Part shown: one piece after another, positions 63,598-64,000 of the stretch
How positions within the stretch are numbered: the stretch's first letter is position 1
Layout of the letters: each line of letters opens with the position of its first letter
Assembly: GCA_001799615.1 (NCBI GenBank)
Contig: MGTU01000009.1
Location: forward strand, 576-64,575
DNA: 64,000 nt
Direction: 5' to 3'
Origin: Elusimicrobia bacterium GWA2_61_42
Lineage (GTDB): Bacteria > Elusimicrobiota > Elusimicrobia > Elusimicrobiales > UBA9959
Position numbers and translations under genes: made by a program
The notes under the pieces: model-generated
Database searches by the model: none
The model's input: the letters and a program-made list of their open reading frames with translations, nothing else
What the model was told of the DNA's origin: nothing

Positions 63598-64000
63598 GTA
63601 GTCCTGATCTTTTAAATGCGTCGGCGGTCTCGGTGTGCGGTCGAGCTGATCTCGGTGGTTGCGGGTTTCGGGCTTTGCCCCGGCCCCCGGCGCGGTTTCC
63701 CCCGGTTCGCGGCCAGTGTTTTTTGGCTTGGCGTCTTGCGGCGTCGGCGTTCGAGGTTGGTTGCTGGCGCGCGTTCTACGGGGTGTTCCCTGGTCCGTCT
63801 CCCCCACCTAAGTGGGGCGCGGTTGCCGGGGTCCTGGTTCGGCGGCCCGCCTTTCGCGGCGGCAACCTGCTCCCGGGTGGGTGTTCCGGTTCTCGGTTCG
63901 GCGCTAACGCGCTGCCTGGTTCCCCGGTCTGCCCCTTACGCGGTCTCAGTCGCGGTTTACAAGTACCCTGGCCTGTGCGCCAATTGAAGAGCCCCCGTCC
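63598..64000 (+). ncRNA. Unclassified A-depleted structured RNA, copy C (3' terminator cut by the window edge)
   Basis: It is collinear with copies A and B. The window ends inside the terminator 5' arm (gaagagcccccg). Confidence 0.65.

Noticed and set aside
1-64000. Search for mobile elements (transposase, integrase, IS inverted repeats) and toxin-antitoxin or known defence systems
   Set aside because: No transposase, integrase or recombinase motifs appear in any frame that I can recognise. The AAA+ ATPase and helicase-nuclease genes lack the partner genes that define known defence systems. Nothing can be called on sequence inspection alone.

Overview
High-GC (about 65% by eye) chromosomal window from a diderm bacterium; I cannot place the phylum from sequence alone. 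It is gene-dense. Most long ORFs antisense to real genes are GC-driven artefacts.

Content in order:
- 1-13250, minus strand: a PUFA/secondary-lipid synthase locus, pfaD-like enoyl reductase, then pfaA-like KS-AT-3xACP-KR-DH, then a pfaC-like KS-CLF-AT-DH gene. The pfaC-like gene runs off the left edge and is therefore missing from the ORF track.
- 13.3-31.5 kb: an SGNH-like hydrolase, two GGDEF cyclases, sppA, a YjeF_N epimerase, a CheY-like receiver, a GH13+CBM20 amylase, a B12-radical-SAM protein, tilS, and a phoB/phoR-like pair. These are followed by a phased Pho-box in front of DUF47-pit, then an OMP-lipoprotein-histidine kinase operon.
- 31.8-42.6 kb: a 2,671-aa secreted repeat/ricin-lectin protein translationally coupled to a lipoprotein TPR-secretin and an S1C protease. 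No other secretion-machinery genes are nearby.
- 42.7-62.7 kb: alaS, tRNA-Arg(CCG), an AAA+ ATPase, SDR/DUF2867, a polysaccharide deacetylase, an XRE regulator, a GH104 muramidase, a UvrD-like helicase-nuclease, tldD/pmbA, a double GNAT, recQ and an AI-2E transporter.
- Three copies (50.0 kb, 62.7 kb, 63.6 kb) of a roughly 400-430 nt promoter-to-terminator, A-depleted, G/C/U-rich, apparently structured RNA that I cannot assign to any known family.

The two strongest candidates for something undescribed are this multi-copy RNA and the giant-protein/orphan-secretin/protease module.

Coordinates of non-ORF features were hand-indexed and may be off by 1-2 nt.
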